Positions 51,533 to 63,449 of a DNA stretch of 64,000 nucleotides are shown here, piece after piece. Source of the stretch: Octopus sinensis (lineage: Eukaryota). The DNA lies in contig NC_043006.1 in NCBI RefSeq assembly GCF_006345805.1, positions 68,510,001 to 68,574,000 of the forward strand, read 5' to 3'. How positions within the stretch are numbered: the stretch's first letter is position 1; the number at the start of each line of letters is the position of its first letter. The notes beneath the pieces are model-generated. The model searched no databases, was not told where the DNA came from, and was given only the letters and a program-made list of their open reading frames with translations. Made by a program: the position numbers and the translations under genes.

Positions 51533-52045
51533 GGAAGTGTTATCATGTGCATGTTTTGTCTTGGTATAAAAAGAAGGGCTGCAGCAAATATTCTGCTCAA
51601 TACCACACATCTGCTTGTCAATTGTTTGACCTTAACCAGTTGAGCATGTCCCTTAGTGGTGAGCAATATGTGCATCTCTAATCCTGAGCAGAAGTAGTAG
51701 CGGAGCATCAGAGCCATGTGCTGAGAGGAATTTTTTGGAGTTTGAATAATTCACCTCTGGAAACATGGGTGTTTTGTTCAACATCCTTAAACAATCCTTA
51801 TTCAAGGATTATTTGAGCAGGATGGGCTACTCAGCCTGAAGGAAATTCTAACTGGGCCCCTCCTGCAAGGTCATGCACTGTTTATCTTGATATGAGATCA
51901 CCATGTTGCACACATATGGTTGTAATACATGTACCTGGTCTACCCTAATTAGAAGGGTAGTCATAATGGGTATACTGGGCTTTGTATATTTGTACCGCGG
52001 CATCATTTGATGGCATGTGCTGCTCTTTCACTCAACAACAACAAT
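51532..52045 (+). mobile_element. retroposon 3' region (family J) embedded in (TAA)n
   Basis: Flanked by (TAA)n on both sides; its 3' end CTCTCACTCAATAATAAT recurs at 58211-58254. Confidence 0.75.
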
Positions 52046-52720
52046 AATAATAACAATAGCATTGCTACCAAACATTACATAGGAATGGTTGAAGAATATT
52101 TCAAAAGCTGTTAGTATAACAACACTTCCTTTTTCCATATGAAGTAAAAAGAAACATCACAGCTCTTTCAAGTTACATATGGTAATTGAAAGACAAAAAT
52201 TAACAATTTCATCAACTATTGGGATATACTGAACTAAAGAAAACTCTATACTAATGGCCTGAAGACTTGCACCTGCATGTTATGGAAAAATGTTCATTTC
52301 AAATAAAATCATGGTCTCAAATCATTACTTAAAGAGGTCTGAAATTTTCTTCAATGAGACCATATTAAGAAATTGTTCCTTGATCATTATAATTCAACAA
52401 AGGAATCCAATTAAATTTACAACATATTACTGCTGACTTGTCTATGCATGGGTGTGCATACATGTAAGCCAACTTTCTTTTCTATTGCAATCTACTTAGC
52501 ATATATTCAAAAAGAAATTCACGTGAGACTACAGATAAAAAGCACTTAAATAAAAGCAAAGAAGAAATCTTCTTTGCAATCATATCCGTTGAATGCTGCA
52601 TCTGGCATAGAACTTAGAATCATGAAAATATTGTGGTATTTATCTATTATATATAACAAATCTAATCACTATAAACAATGCATTGAGTACTCTCAGTTTT
52701 GCTTGTAAAACCACATATAA

Positions 52721-52750
<30 letters not shown>

Positions 52751-52752
<2 letters not shown>

Positions 52753-52960
52753 GGTGGCAAACTGGCAGAATTGTTAGCATGCCAGGTGAAATGCTTAGTA
52801 GTATTTCACCTGTCTTCTTGTCCTATGTTTAAATTCTGCCATGGTTGGCTTAGCCTTTCATCCTTTCGGGGTCATTAAAATAAGTACCAGTTGAGTACAG
52901 GGATTGATATAATCAATTATACCCCTCCCCAAAATTTCAGGTCTTGTGCCACAATTTGAA
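52751..52960 (+). mobile_element. SINE family B within (TTA)n
   Basis: AAGGTGGCAAACTGGCAGAATTGTTAGC...CCTTTCATCCTTTCGGGGTC. Confidence 0.9.
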
Positions 52961-53287
52961 TCCATTATTTTGATTATTATTTGTGTGTGTGTGTGTGTGT
53001 GTGCATGTATATATGTTCATTCATTCACTTGAGCATGTTTTCCGATGCTAGTAACGGTTAGATGAGGGAATTCTTTGAAACAGAGTTCATAAGCTGGGTG
53101 TTCTTCCTGTCACTAACTGTCACTTGTTCTTTTCAAGTAATATTTCTTTTTCTTTTTCCTCAGAGGCATTCAAAAGTGCAGTGCATATGGCCATGATTTC
53201 AACAAGCATGTAGACATGATCACTGTCTTAAGTACATTGACAAGTGTCAAATATCAATATTCATGCACGTTCACACACTGACACACA

Positions 53288-53637
53288 CAATAAGCTTTCC
53301 CAGTTCCCATCAGTTAAATTCACTTGCCTAACGTGCCACACAGTGGGACTGAACCCCAAAACCATATGGTTGTGAAGCAAACTTCTTCACAATAAAGCCA
53401 TGCCTACAACTGTATGTATGTATGTATGTATGTATGTATGTATGTATGTATGTATGCATGCACCACCACTTGATTGGTGTTGGGGTGTTGATGTCCCTGT
53501 AACGTAGTGGATCAGTAAAAGACACCAATAGAATGAAAACCAGGTTTAAAACAGGGGTCAATATATTCAACTACAATTCCTCAAAGCAGTGCCCCAGCAT
53601 GGCTGCAGACTAATGACTGAAACAAGTAAAAGACAAA
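53288..53637. mobile_element. SINE family A with inverted 5' module
   Basis: 5' module on minus (53288-53407), (TATG)n, then 3' module on plus (53460-53637). Confidence 0.75.
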
Positions 53638-54914
53638 CGATGTATATATACATATATATATCTATGTGTATTTTTTTCTTGGTGTTTGTCACCCACTACC
53701 AACTGACAACTAATGTTGGTTTGTTTACATCCCCATAACTTAGTGGTCTGGCATAAGAGACTGATAAAGTAAATACCAGGCTTATAAATAAAAATACTGG
53801 GGTCAATTCATTCTTTAAGGTGGTGCCCCAGCATGGCCACAGTTTGACTGAAACAGTAAAAGATAAACCATTACTGAAAGATATGCACTGGGGTCAATTT
53901 GTGTGACTAAAACCCTTCAATGTGGTGCCCCAGCATGGCCACAGTCCAATAAGTGAGACAAGGTAATGAATGCAAAAGCTGTGGATACGTGAAAGTCATT
54001 GTCTAACTGTAACTTCTGAGGATTGTGACACAGAGTAGAGTATACAACTATAGATTCTGAATTGTAACATTAGAGCAACAGAGTTATGAAATACCTTCTT
54101 ATACATCAAAATAGTTCTATAGAAGTAGTTTAATGTGTTAATTATTATTTAATTAGTAATAATGATGCTGGAGCTAGTAGAGCTGAACATTTGTTGTAAT
54201 GTTTTACTGTAATGAGATACTGGTGTCTGTCTGTCTGCTGCTTCTTCATGGTCCATCATGTTGGGTTTCCCTCTCCACTATGGCCAGTATATAGAACAGT
54301 CTAGGCTATGTACCCATGCTTCTACACTCACAATAAACCCCTACATGTCAGAGTGTGCAGTGAGGGCCTCAATAAAACAAATGTATGGAATATCTGGGAA
54401 ACACTGTATTTGGAAAATACTCAATATAAAGAAAAAGATGTTCAGCTTGAACATAAACTGTAAGTGGACACCTGTAAGGAAAGTACGAACCAGATGGGAA
54501 TTCCAGAGGATTGACATACCTGGGTGGACGGAATGGATTTAGATGTTAGTGGGGATCCTGAGGGAGCGAGGAGAGGTAGGTGTGTTTATTGGTTTGGGTG
54601 GAGGTGCTATACTGCTTGGCAAAGCTAAGGAGCAGCTGCTGTTGTAGTAGCATTAGAAAAGGAAATGTGAGAAGTCTGTGCGTTTGCAGAATAAAGATGG
54701 GTAGTGGTGGTGATGGTGTGTGTTGGCGAGTGAACTCTTACTAATTCAGCCAAATAGCTATCTTTCGGATGTTTGTGTAGCAGCAACAGCACTGTTTCAG
54801 TTGAGGGTGCAGTGCTCCACTGTGAACCTCACTTGAGCCTTGAAGGTCAGCAGAGTAAAGGGATGACATACTGAGTTCTTTACTATACTACTACTATACA
54901 CTGTACATATACTG

Positions 54915-55220
54915 GACTCTGTCAGTTATGATGACGAGCACCCCAGGTGATCTGATCAATGGAACAGTCTGCTCATGAAATTAACATAGCCCTCCATAAG
55001 CACAACTACCCTTAACATAGTTCTCAGATTCAGTGTCACACAGAACGTGACAAGGCTGGTCCACTGAAATGCAGGTACTCCTCATTTTTGCCAGCTGAGT
55101 GGACAAGAGCAATGGGAATAAAATGTCTTATGTAAGAACACGATGCACCACCTAGAATCGAACTCACAACCTTTTGAGCATGAGCTATAAACACCCTAAC
55201 TACTAAGCTACACTCCTTCA
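54915..55220 (-). mobile_element. tRNA-derived SINE (family of 19230-19557)
   Basis: GAATCGAACTCACAACC...CCCTAACTACTAAGCTACAC. Confidence 0.85.
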
Positions 55221-55399
55221 CAACCACTGAGGAATTGTATCACTTTACTATACTATCCATTATTATAACACTTCTGTGCTAAGTATGTACCACTCCAGTT
55301 AAATACCCTTACTATGCTAACTGCTACTATATACTATTTCATACATACCACTTCAGTTATATACTACTACTCTAACCACTACTACAGCTGACCATATTG

Positions 55400-55650
55400 C
55401 TTGGCACTATACCATCAGTGATGTTGTTTCCTCCTCCGAGATCTCTTGCAGTGCCTCTCTTGAAGACAAATGTCAGGGGTGAAAAAATAATGCAGCTGCA
55501 TCATCAGACACTGGACAACCATACCTTTGTCATCATTGCAATCAGATATGTCGATCTCACATTGGCCTTATCAACCATGAATGTGCATGCAGATGATGTG
55601 GACAACAATCTTCCTAATCTTCGCCAGTGAAGCCAAGCCAAGAAGAGAAT
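55400..55650 (+). mobile_element. RTE-type LINE 3' end with C-terminal zinc finger
   Basis: YLCHHCNQICRSHIGLINHE; 3' ATCTTCGCCAGTGAAGCCAAGCC. Confidence 0.75.
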
Positions 55651-55977
55651 CACTACTATAGCAGGTACCTACCACAGGTACCAACAGAGTCAGAAACCTT
55701 TATGTAGATGCCTGACTTGTTAGAAATAACACTCAAATATCCCTCAAATGAAAGCATATCATCTTGAAAAATGGAAATACATATTAGAAAATGTTATCAT
55801 TGATATGCAACATGATAGAATGGTCATAGCTGGAACACCTTTGATCATAAGTCTGTCACATCGAGGTTGTCCTTGGGCTATGTATCATGAATACACTATC
55901 TTGCTTACCAATTCACTAGTAGACCTGACAGATATTACTTTAGTTTACCTAAGGTTAACATTCTATGCTAGATATAG

Positions 55978-56248
55978 CACCCAGTCCACACTGTAAAAAG
56001 TAGTTGGTGTTTGGAAGGGCATCTAGCTGTAAGAACCTTGCCAAAACTGACTTTGCCTGTGCTTGTACCACAAAAAAAAAGAACTGTCCCCTCTGATGAG
56101 TGGTTGGTGTTAGGAAGGGCATCCAGCTGTAAAAATCCTGCCAAAACAGTCACAGAAGTCTGGTGCAGGATTCGGCCTGGCCAACTCTTGTGGTGCCATC
56201 CCACCCATGCTAGCATGGAACATGGACGTTAAATGATGATGATGATGA
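55978..56248 (+). mobile_element. family C repeat with duplicated 5' part
   Basis: TTGGTGTTAGGAAGGGCATCCAGCTGTAAAA occurs twice; ends GGACGTTAAATGATGATGATG. Confidence 0.88.
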
Positions 56249-57361
56249 TATATACCATCCAGCACCATTCTAAGTATATACCTTTTACTTACCAAGTTTT
56301 CAAGAACCCCTTAATATACATGAATCATTTATTTACACATCTTTACAGATAAATACCCTCTATTTACCTGTAATTGCCAGCAACTCAGATTTGTACCTAT
56401 TGACAGTGACTTCAATAGGTACCTAGCCAGAGTTTTACCAATTAAATTCACTGTCACACCTAACAGAATGTGCTCCAGCTGTTGCATCAGCAACCACCAA
56501 TCATAAGACACTAAATATCAACTCCAGATCCGTGTTATGGTTGTATTAGTTTATTTTCTTTGTATCACTTTATCCAGGATCTCAGAGATTTGGAGGAAGT
56601 TAGTTTTAAACAAGAGACATGGCTCAAATATTTACAACAGCATGGCCTCTTTCAAAAGTACCCAAGAGTCACCAGGTAGTGGTGTTAAAGGGGCTGATGG
56701 ATTATGAAGGGTACTGTGGTTGTGAAATATTTTGGTATAGCACACAGATATCATTGCAAGATAGATCAGTACACAGGTGAGTATGTTGAAAGGAATGGAT
56801 TACCAGAGCAATTGGCACTGGGCCATCACAAGAAAGACTACATTGGCTAAATATAAATGTAGCTTTCTAAGCTGGTATGAAAGACAGGATAACAACAACA
56901 AACAGTAACATGAAGAAGAAGAAGGCCTCTCCAAATATATAATGTCAATATTCGTCAGGATAGTTGAAGTCAAGCTAGGTTCTCCGTCATAATCCATATG
57001 ACAAGCAGCTATGACGTCATCGGCCACAAACTGAATACCCAAAACTCTTCTAAAATTACTTACCCATAATGCCTTTTGGCAGTAACATCAACATTTTGCA
57101 ATGACGACATTTAATCACTTGCATCAAGGATTGGCAATTTCTAATGAAACATCACAAGTTTATTTGTTATTTTTTCCCCCTCTTCGTTTACTTTCCATCA
57201 TTACCACTACAACTACTACTACTACAGAAAGGTACAAGTATGAGTAGAGGTGTGAGAAGAGATACCTGTGGAGTTCTGGTATTTATTGTTGTTATGATGT
57301 CATTGCAAAGAAGGAAATAGACAAAATAATTATTATAATAATAATAATGATGATGACGATC

Positions 57362-57765
57362 TTTTCTTCTATAGGCACAAAGCCTGAAATTTTGGGGAAG
57401 GGGATAAGTCACTAACTTTAACACCAGTACTCAATTGGTATTTATTTCACAAACCCTGAAAGGATTGAAGACAAAGACTGACTTTGGCAGAATTTTTACT
57501 CAGAACATACAGCCAGAAGAAATGCCACTAAGCATTTTGTCTGGTTCGCTAACGAATTCTTCCAGTTTGCCACCATAATAATTATTTGTTATAGACAAAG
57601 GCCTGAAATGTGGGAGAAGATAAGTCAATTGCAACGACCCCAGCACTCATCTAGTACTTATTTTATTGACCCCAAAAGGATGAAAGACAAAGTCAATCTC
57701 GGCAGAATTTGAACTCAGAGCGTGAATTTTGCCTGCTATGCTAATGGTTCTGCCAGCTCACCACA
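57362..57765 (-). mobile_element. two tandem SINE family B copies
   Basis: 57362-57572 and 57590-57765. Confidence 0.88.
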
Positions 57766-57810
57766 TTAATAATAATATTAATAATAATAATAACAATAAT
57801 AATAATAATA

Positions 57811-58162
57811 ATTGAAAAAATGTGGCATCTCAAGGCGACTACAGTACCAGTGATTGTAGGATCTCTAGGAATGATTAAAAAAGGTACTGAAACCTATTTG
57901 AAAATGATTCCAGGCTTACCATCCCTATAGGAAGTGCAAAAAATCGTATTAACTGGAATGGCTCATGTACTGAGAAGAGCATTATCGCTGTGAAAACAAC
58001 ATCCATCCATGAATTTATTTATTTATTAATTTTTAAATACATATTTTATCTATGAATTTGCGTGTGTAATCTGGGAATGCATACATTGAGCTTCTCTGCC
58101 CTAGGTGTATGGAAAACACTCGGCGACAAACGGAAGAAAATTTGAAGAAAGAAGGAAAAAAC
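57811..58162 (+). mobile_element. 5'-truncated R4/Dong-like LINE in (TAA)n
   Basis: IEKMWHLKATTVPVIVGSLGMIKKG...L*EVQKIVLTGMAHVLRRALSL* plus 3' UTR; (TAA)n on both sides. Confidence 0.88.
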
Positions 58163-58209
<47 letters not shown>

Positions 58210-58272
58210 TTTACCCCAGTGTCACCTTGATGGCATGCACTGCTCTCTCACTCAATAATAATAATAATAATA

Positions 58273-58311
<39 letters not shown>

Positions 58312-58510
58312 CCTTTCTATGAAAGGCATAAGACATGAAATTTTGCAGGAATGGGCTAGTTGATTGCATCAACCCCAGTACTTCACTGGTACTTAATTTA
58401 ACCCCAAAAGGATGAAAGGCAAAGTTGAATTTGAACTCAGAATGTAGCAGGAGATGAAATACTGTTAAGCATTTCACCCAGCATGCTAACAATTCTGCCA
58501 GTTCACCACT
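58312..58510 (-). mobile_element. SINE family B
   Basis: Flanked by (TAA)n. Confidence 0.9.
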
Positions 58511-58546
58511 TTAATAATAATAATAATAATATCAACAACAACAACT

Positions 58547-58905
58547 ACATTACAGTCCCAAATAATGAAGAAATTCAATATGAGTGGCATAGAAAAAAAT
58601 AGTAATGTACCAGGACCTAGCTGTTGAATTACAGAGACTATGGAAAGTGTGGATAAAATGTACCCCAGTAGTTATATTAGGAACTATACCTAAAGATTTG
58701 AACAGATGGATAGAGGAAATGGGCATAAAACCCAGTTTAGTACACCTCCAGATAACAGTGTTATTAGGGACAGCTAGGATACTTAGGAGGGTTCTTGGCA
58801 TTTAAGGTTACTTGTAGCCCGATGTTGGGAATTTTGCTTTTCTAACAGTCTATTCTGTTGTGTGTGTATGTGTATATATGAATAACAACAACAACTACAA
58901 TATAA
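58547..58905 (+). mobile_element. second, distinct 5'-truncated R4/Dong-like LINE
   Basis: YQDLAVELQRLWKVWIKCTPVVILGTIPKDLNRWIEEMGIKPSLVHLQITVLLGTARILRRVLGI*. Confidence 0.9.
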
Positions 58906-58931
58906 ACTATTTCTCAGCAGTTATTTTATTA

Positions 58932-58970
58932 TCAATATTACGGTACCTCTGTAGGGTACCGTAATATTGA
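58932..58970. repeat. perfect 16-bp inverted repeat at a SINE 5' junction
   Basis: TCAATATTACGGTACC-tctgtag-GGTACCGTAATATTGA. Confidence 0.95.
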
Positions 58971-59170
58971 GTTGGCAGAATCATAAGCACGATGGGCAAA
59001 ACGCTTAGCAGCATTTCATCTACCTTTTACATTCTGGGATCAAATTCCGTCAAACTAAACTTTGCCTTTCAGGGTTGATAAAATAAGTACCAGTTGAGTA
59101 CTGGGGTTGATATAATTGACTTACTCCCGCCCCTGAACCTGCTGGCTTTGTGCCAAAATTTGAAACCAAT
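58968..59170 (+). mobile_element. SINE family B, 5'-truncated
   Basis: Starts at GTTGGCAGAATC; 23-bp duplication CAATATTAYGGTACCTCTGTAGG flanks it. Confidence 0.9.
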
Positions 59171-59365
59171 ATTATGGTACCTCTGTAGGATATAGTAATG
59201 GATCACAGATAGTACCTCTCTCTCCAAGAGAGCCATGGAGTCTGAAAGTTCCTTTGTCTGATAAAGCTGGACTACAGATGAGGCCACTTTCTTTAAATAA
59301 CCACAGATGTTGATGGAACCTGTTTAATATAGTCACACACTATATAAACATGTCTATATCATAAC

Positions 59366-59404
<39 letters not shown>

Positions 59405-59406
<2 letters not shown>

Positions 59407-59767
59407 CTTTCATTTCAGTCATTAGGCTGTGGCCATACTGGGGCACCACCTTGAAGAATTTTAGTTGGATGAATCAAACCCAATACATTTTTTAATTTTT
59501 TAAAAGCTTAGTACTTATTCTATCAGTCTCTTTTGGTGAACCACTAAGTTGTGGGGATGTAAACACACCATAACTGGTTGTCAAGTGATGGAGAGGAACA
59601 AATATGACACACACACACACACATGGTGGGCTTCTTTTACTTTCCATCTATTGAATCCACTCACAAGGCTTTGGTCTACCTGAGGCTAAAGTAGAAGACA
59701 CTCGCTCAAGGTGTCATGCAGTGGGACTGAACCTGGAACGAAGCTTCTTACCACACTGCCACACCTA
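59405..59767 (-). mobile_element. SINE family A
   Basis: Both modules present. Confidence 0.88.
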
Positions 59768-60246
59768 TGCCTATATCTATAATATCATATACATATGTGC
59801 GTGTGTCTATGTCATAATCATACATAGTTAACCATAGCCATTCTGTGATATAGATGATCCACAGCAAACAATAAAACTCTTTGCTATTCAATTAATTGTA
59901 AAGAAACTCAATTTAAATATTACTATTAAACTCCTCCACACACACACGTATACAAGAGTGACCAACTACTTTGGTTTGTTACAACTGTTGGGGTTGCCTC
60001 CGTTCAAACACTGTGGTTGTATAGAAAGCATATTTCCATTATTCAGTATGATATTTTCTCTTTGAAATTCTATCTGTGTTAAATTTTATCATAGCTTTTA
60101 AGTCATAGATTATCCATTTAGTCCTATTTTTCTTAAGTTGGTAGAATATTATTCAAAAGAGATTTGATAGCTATTTCTAGCCTGTTGAAAAACCATATAA
60201 AAACTTCTTCATTGGCTTGAAGTAGTAGTGTTGAATATTGGCTTAA

Positions 60247-60467
60247 CCCTTTAGTGTTCACATTATTCTATCATAATTAATGCTTTTTTATCCCCATTGT
60301 TTTGAACTAATCATGCATTATCTTGTAGCTATGAGATTTTGATGAGGTAGCTGTTAATTTTTAAAATGATAGTGTAGGGTTGGTGTAAGAGACCAGATCT
60401 GGCCAGTTTGAACATAAAACAGGCAGAATACTTTTGGCCAGATATGGCTGGTTTAAATGCTAAAGGG
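60247..60467. mobile_element. piggyBac-like MITE
   Basis: TTAA|CCCTTTAG ... CTAAAGGG|TTAA. Confidence 0.9.
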
Positions 60468-60532
60468 TTAAAGTGGTATTGTTAAACGAGCACTATAAAT
60501 TGAAAAATATTCAATGGTATTATAACACATAA

Positions 60533-60735
60533 GGGTGGTGAGTTGGCGAGACCATTTGTAAGCAGGATAAAATGTTTGGTGTGATTTCTTGCTTTATGTT
60601 CTGAGTTCAAAGTCTGTTAAGGTTGACTTTGCCTTTCATCCTTTTGCGGTTGATAAAATGAGTACCAGCTGAGAACTAGGGTTGATGTAATCAACTAACT
60701 CCCAACCCCTAAAATTGCTGGCCTTGTGCCAAAAT
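60533..60735 (+). mobile_element. SINE family B
   Basis: GAGTTCAAA...GACTTTGCCTTTCATCCTTT. Confidence 0.88.
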
Positions 60736-61789
60736 TAGAAAAAGTTATAGCAAGCAACAACACCGTCAGTCGTTTTAAAATTAACACATATATATGGCTT
60801 TCTGTTGTATGACTCGTAGTGAATCTGACGTAGAAAAGTGGCTTTGGGTTTGTAGATTTAGGGAACTGAAACAGCAGAAGGATAAATTTAGGGTAGAGAG
60901 AATTACTCATGAGAAGAAACCTTCAAATAGGAATCTAGATTGGAATGAATTACCAAGTTTCTGACAGCATCATCTTACATCCATATCACATGTAGCATTA
61001 TGACTGTTGCTGGATCAAGACGGCAACATATTTTATTGGCAGAGCTCTGCTAATATGAATATCAGAAAGTGTTGCAGAGAATCCTGAGGAAACACACGCA
61101 CAACTTGTGAAAGTTTACACTGTCTATCTGTAGCTCTTCTCAATAGAAACAAATGAGAAACATCCTAGTCATTGCTTCTAATGTACACAAATATTTTATC
61201 ATTGTTGCAAAAAAAAAAAAAAAAATTGAAAAAAAAAACCCCACAAAAAGTCTACTAAACATTTGCATTGGATAACAACAACAATTGCTGTTATTTTCTT
61301 TTTTTTTTTTTATAGAGTGGTCTCAAATTTACCAAGAAGAATTCATTTCATGAATAATACATTTTGAAATCATTAACGGTAGAAAATATATACATCTTAG
61401 TGAAAGACAGAAGGAATTTAACATCTCATCGATCATCAGGCAGGCAGGCAGACACACACACACACACACACACACACACTATTTCTCATTGTTTGGCGTT
61501 TAATATGAGGAATGTTCCATTGTGGAATTCAGGGAATCAATTGCAAGATAAATTTAATGATATTGTTTAGTTGTGGTAAGGTTAGTGACATTTGGCCCAG
61601 TTCCAGGGTAAGTCTGGAAGAAAAGATAATTTATGACAGCAGAGGAGGGAAATGTATGGGAGAAAAGATGTGAGGGAATACACTAAAATGAAAGATGAAA
61701 TGAAATAGGTGATGACATTAGAGGAAACATGACTAAATTATCTCTTGGAAAGTGATTAGTAAATGTAATTTTAATAATTAGCCCTGTCA

Positions 61790-62130
61790 TATAATATAGA
61801 TATGTCCAATATAGAACACATAAGCAATATGGAGCTATGGCAAAGAACAAATCAAGTTTCGATTAGGGAGCATATATTTAAGAAAAAGTAGAAGTGGATT
61901 GGTAGCACAATTAGAAAAGACACACCAAATGTAGCGAAAAGTGCTTTAGAGTGGAAACTGGATGGATATAGAAAGAGAGGTAGGCCTAAGAACTCGTGGC
62001 GTAGATCAACACAGAAGGAACTAGAGAAAGGGGGACATTCATGGTGGAGTATAAGTACAGAAGCGAAAAATTATGCGACATGGAATTCAACTATAAGTGG
62101 CCTATACTCCGCGTTGGAGGGTTAAAGGCA
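61790..62130 (+). mobile_element. RTE LINE 3' end (SR2/SR3-like), well preserved
   Basis: ISNMELWQRTNQ...KWIGSTIRK...ALEWKLDGYRKRGRPKNSWRRSTQKELEK. Confidence 0.85.
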
Positions 62131-63057
62131 GGAGAGAATATAGAATGAAGATGAGGATATTAACTATAATTAGACAATTTTAATTTATGATAGAGTCTTG
62201 GGTATGACTTCAAACTGCATTTGGTAGGGAGACCCTGGTTTGGAAATTCCAGAGTTTGAGGCATGTAGAAGTACCTCTTAGCCATCATTGTTCTTTGGTT
62301 TACTCTGGCCTAGAGTAGTAGCATCTGCCAGCATACATGCTACAGGTTAAATAATATGTAAACACCTGAGGTAGGGTATGTTGAAATCATGGTATGCAGC
62401 ATCATGGATGTGAACTATTGCAGCAGATGAATCTGATTGAGTCAATAACAAATATCAATAGCCAGGATCAACCAGTTCAGTTAGTGAGCCACTGCTTTCA
62501 TCTGTAGTCATGGCATGCACAGATGAAATATTTCAGTAAGTGAATGACTAATGTGACTAAATTTCCAGGACAGACGTTCATGCCCTCGTCACGTCTGGCA
62601 TGGAAGGGTTACATTGGTCTGAGCAAGTTGCCTAACCTAGTTGATGATGATGATAATGATGTTGAAGACGCTAAGAATGGCCTGAAGGACCTTTTAGTAA
62701 GGCAGAAAAGCCCTCATATTCTGGGTAAGCATTTCTCTTTGAAAATACTGATAAGGAAAACAGAGAACATCTATGTAGTCAGTCAACCTGTTAGAAATAG
62801 CAGCTAAATGGTCCTCAAATCAGTGAGATTTCCCTGATTTCTAATCTGTGAGTGGAGCAATAGCAGTAGCTACAGATAAGGGAGCAGTACAGTACAGTGA
62901 AATATAGCAATGCCCTTCTGTCATCCTTCTACTGAGGATCAACAACGATTGCAGACCTGAAAATAGAACCTAGCTTTGTCTTCCAAACTGACTAGAATAA
63001 TTAAAATAATATTAATCATTCACTACACACTGTTAGATATGTTGACATTATTGTTTG

Positions 63058-63415
63058 GAGGTGCATGGCTCAGTGGTTAGAGTGTCATGCTCACAATCAT
63101 GAGTTGTGAGTTTGATTTCCAGACTGGGCTGTGTGTTGTGATCTTGAGCAAGACACTTCATTTCACGTTGTACCAGTTCATTCAGCTGTAGAATTGAGTT
63201 GTGACATCATTGTTGCCAAGCTGTATCGGTCTTTACCTTTCCTTTGGATAGCATCATGGCATAGAGAGGGGAGGCTGGTATGCAAGGGCAACTGCTGGTC
63301 TTCCATAAACAACCTTGCCCAGATTTGTGCCTCGGGGGGGGGGGGGAACTTTCTAGGTGCAATCCCATGGTCATTCATGGCCAAGGGGGTGGTCTTTACC
63401 CTATTATTGTTTGTG
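63058..63415 (+). mobile_element. tRNA-derived SINE with CTTGAGCAAGACACTT core and a different 3' part
   Basis: GGAGGTGCATGGCTCAGTGGTTAGAG...GAGTTTGATTTCC. Confidence 0.85.
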
Positions 63416-63449
63416 GATATAGTACCATGGTACCACTGAGCAATTTCTC

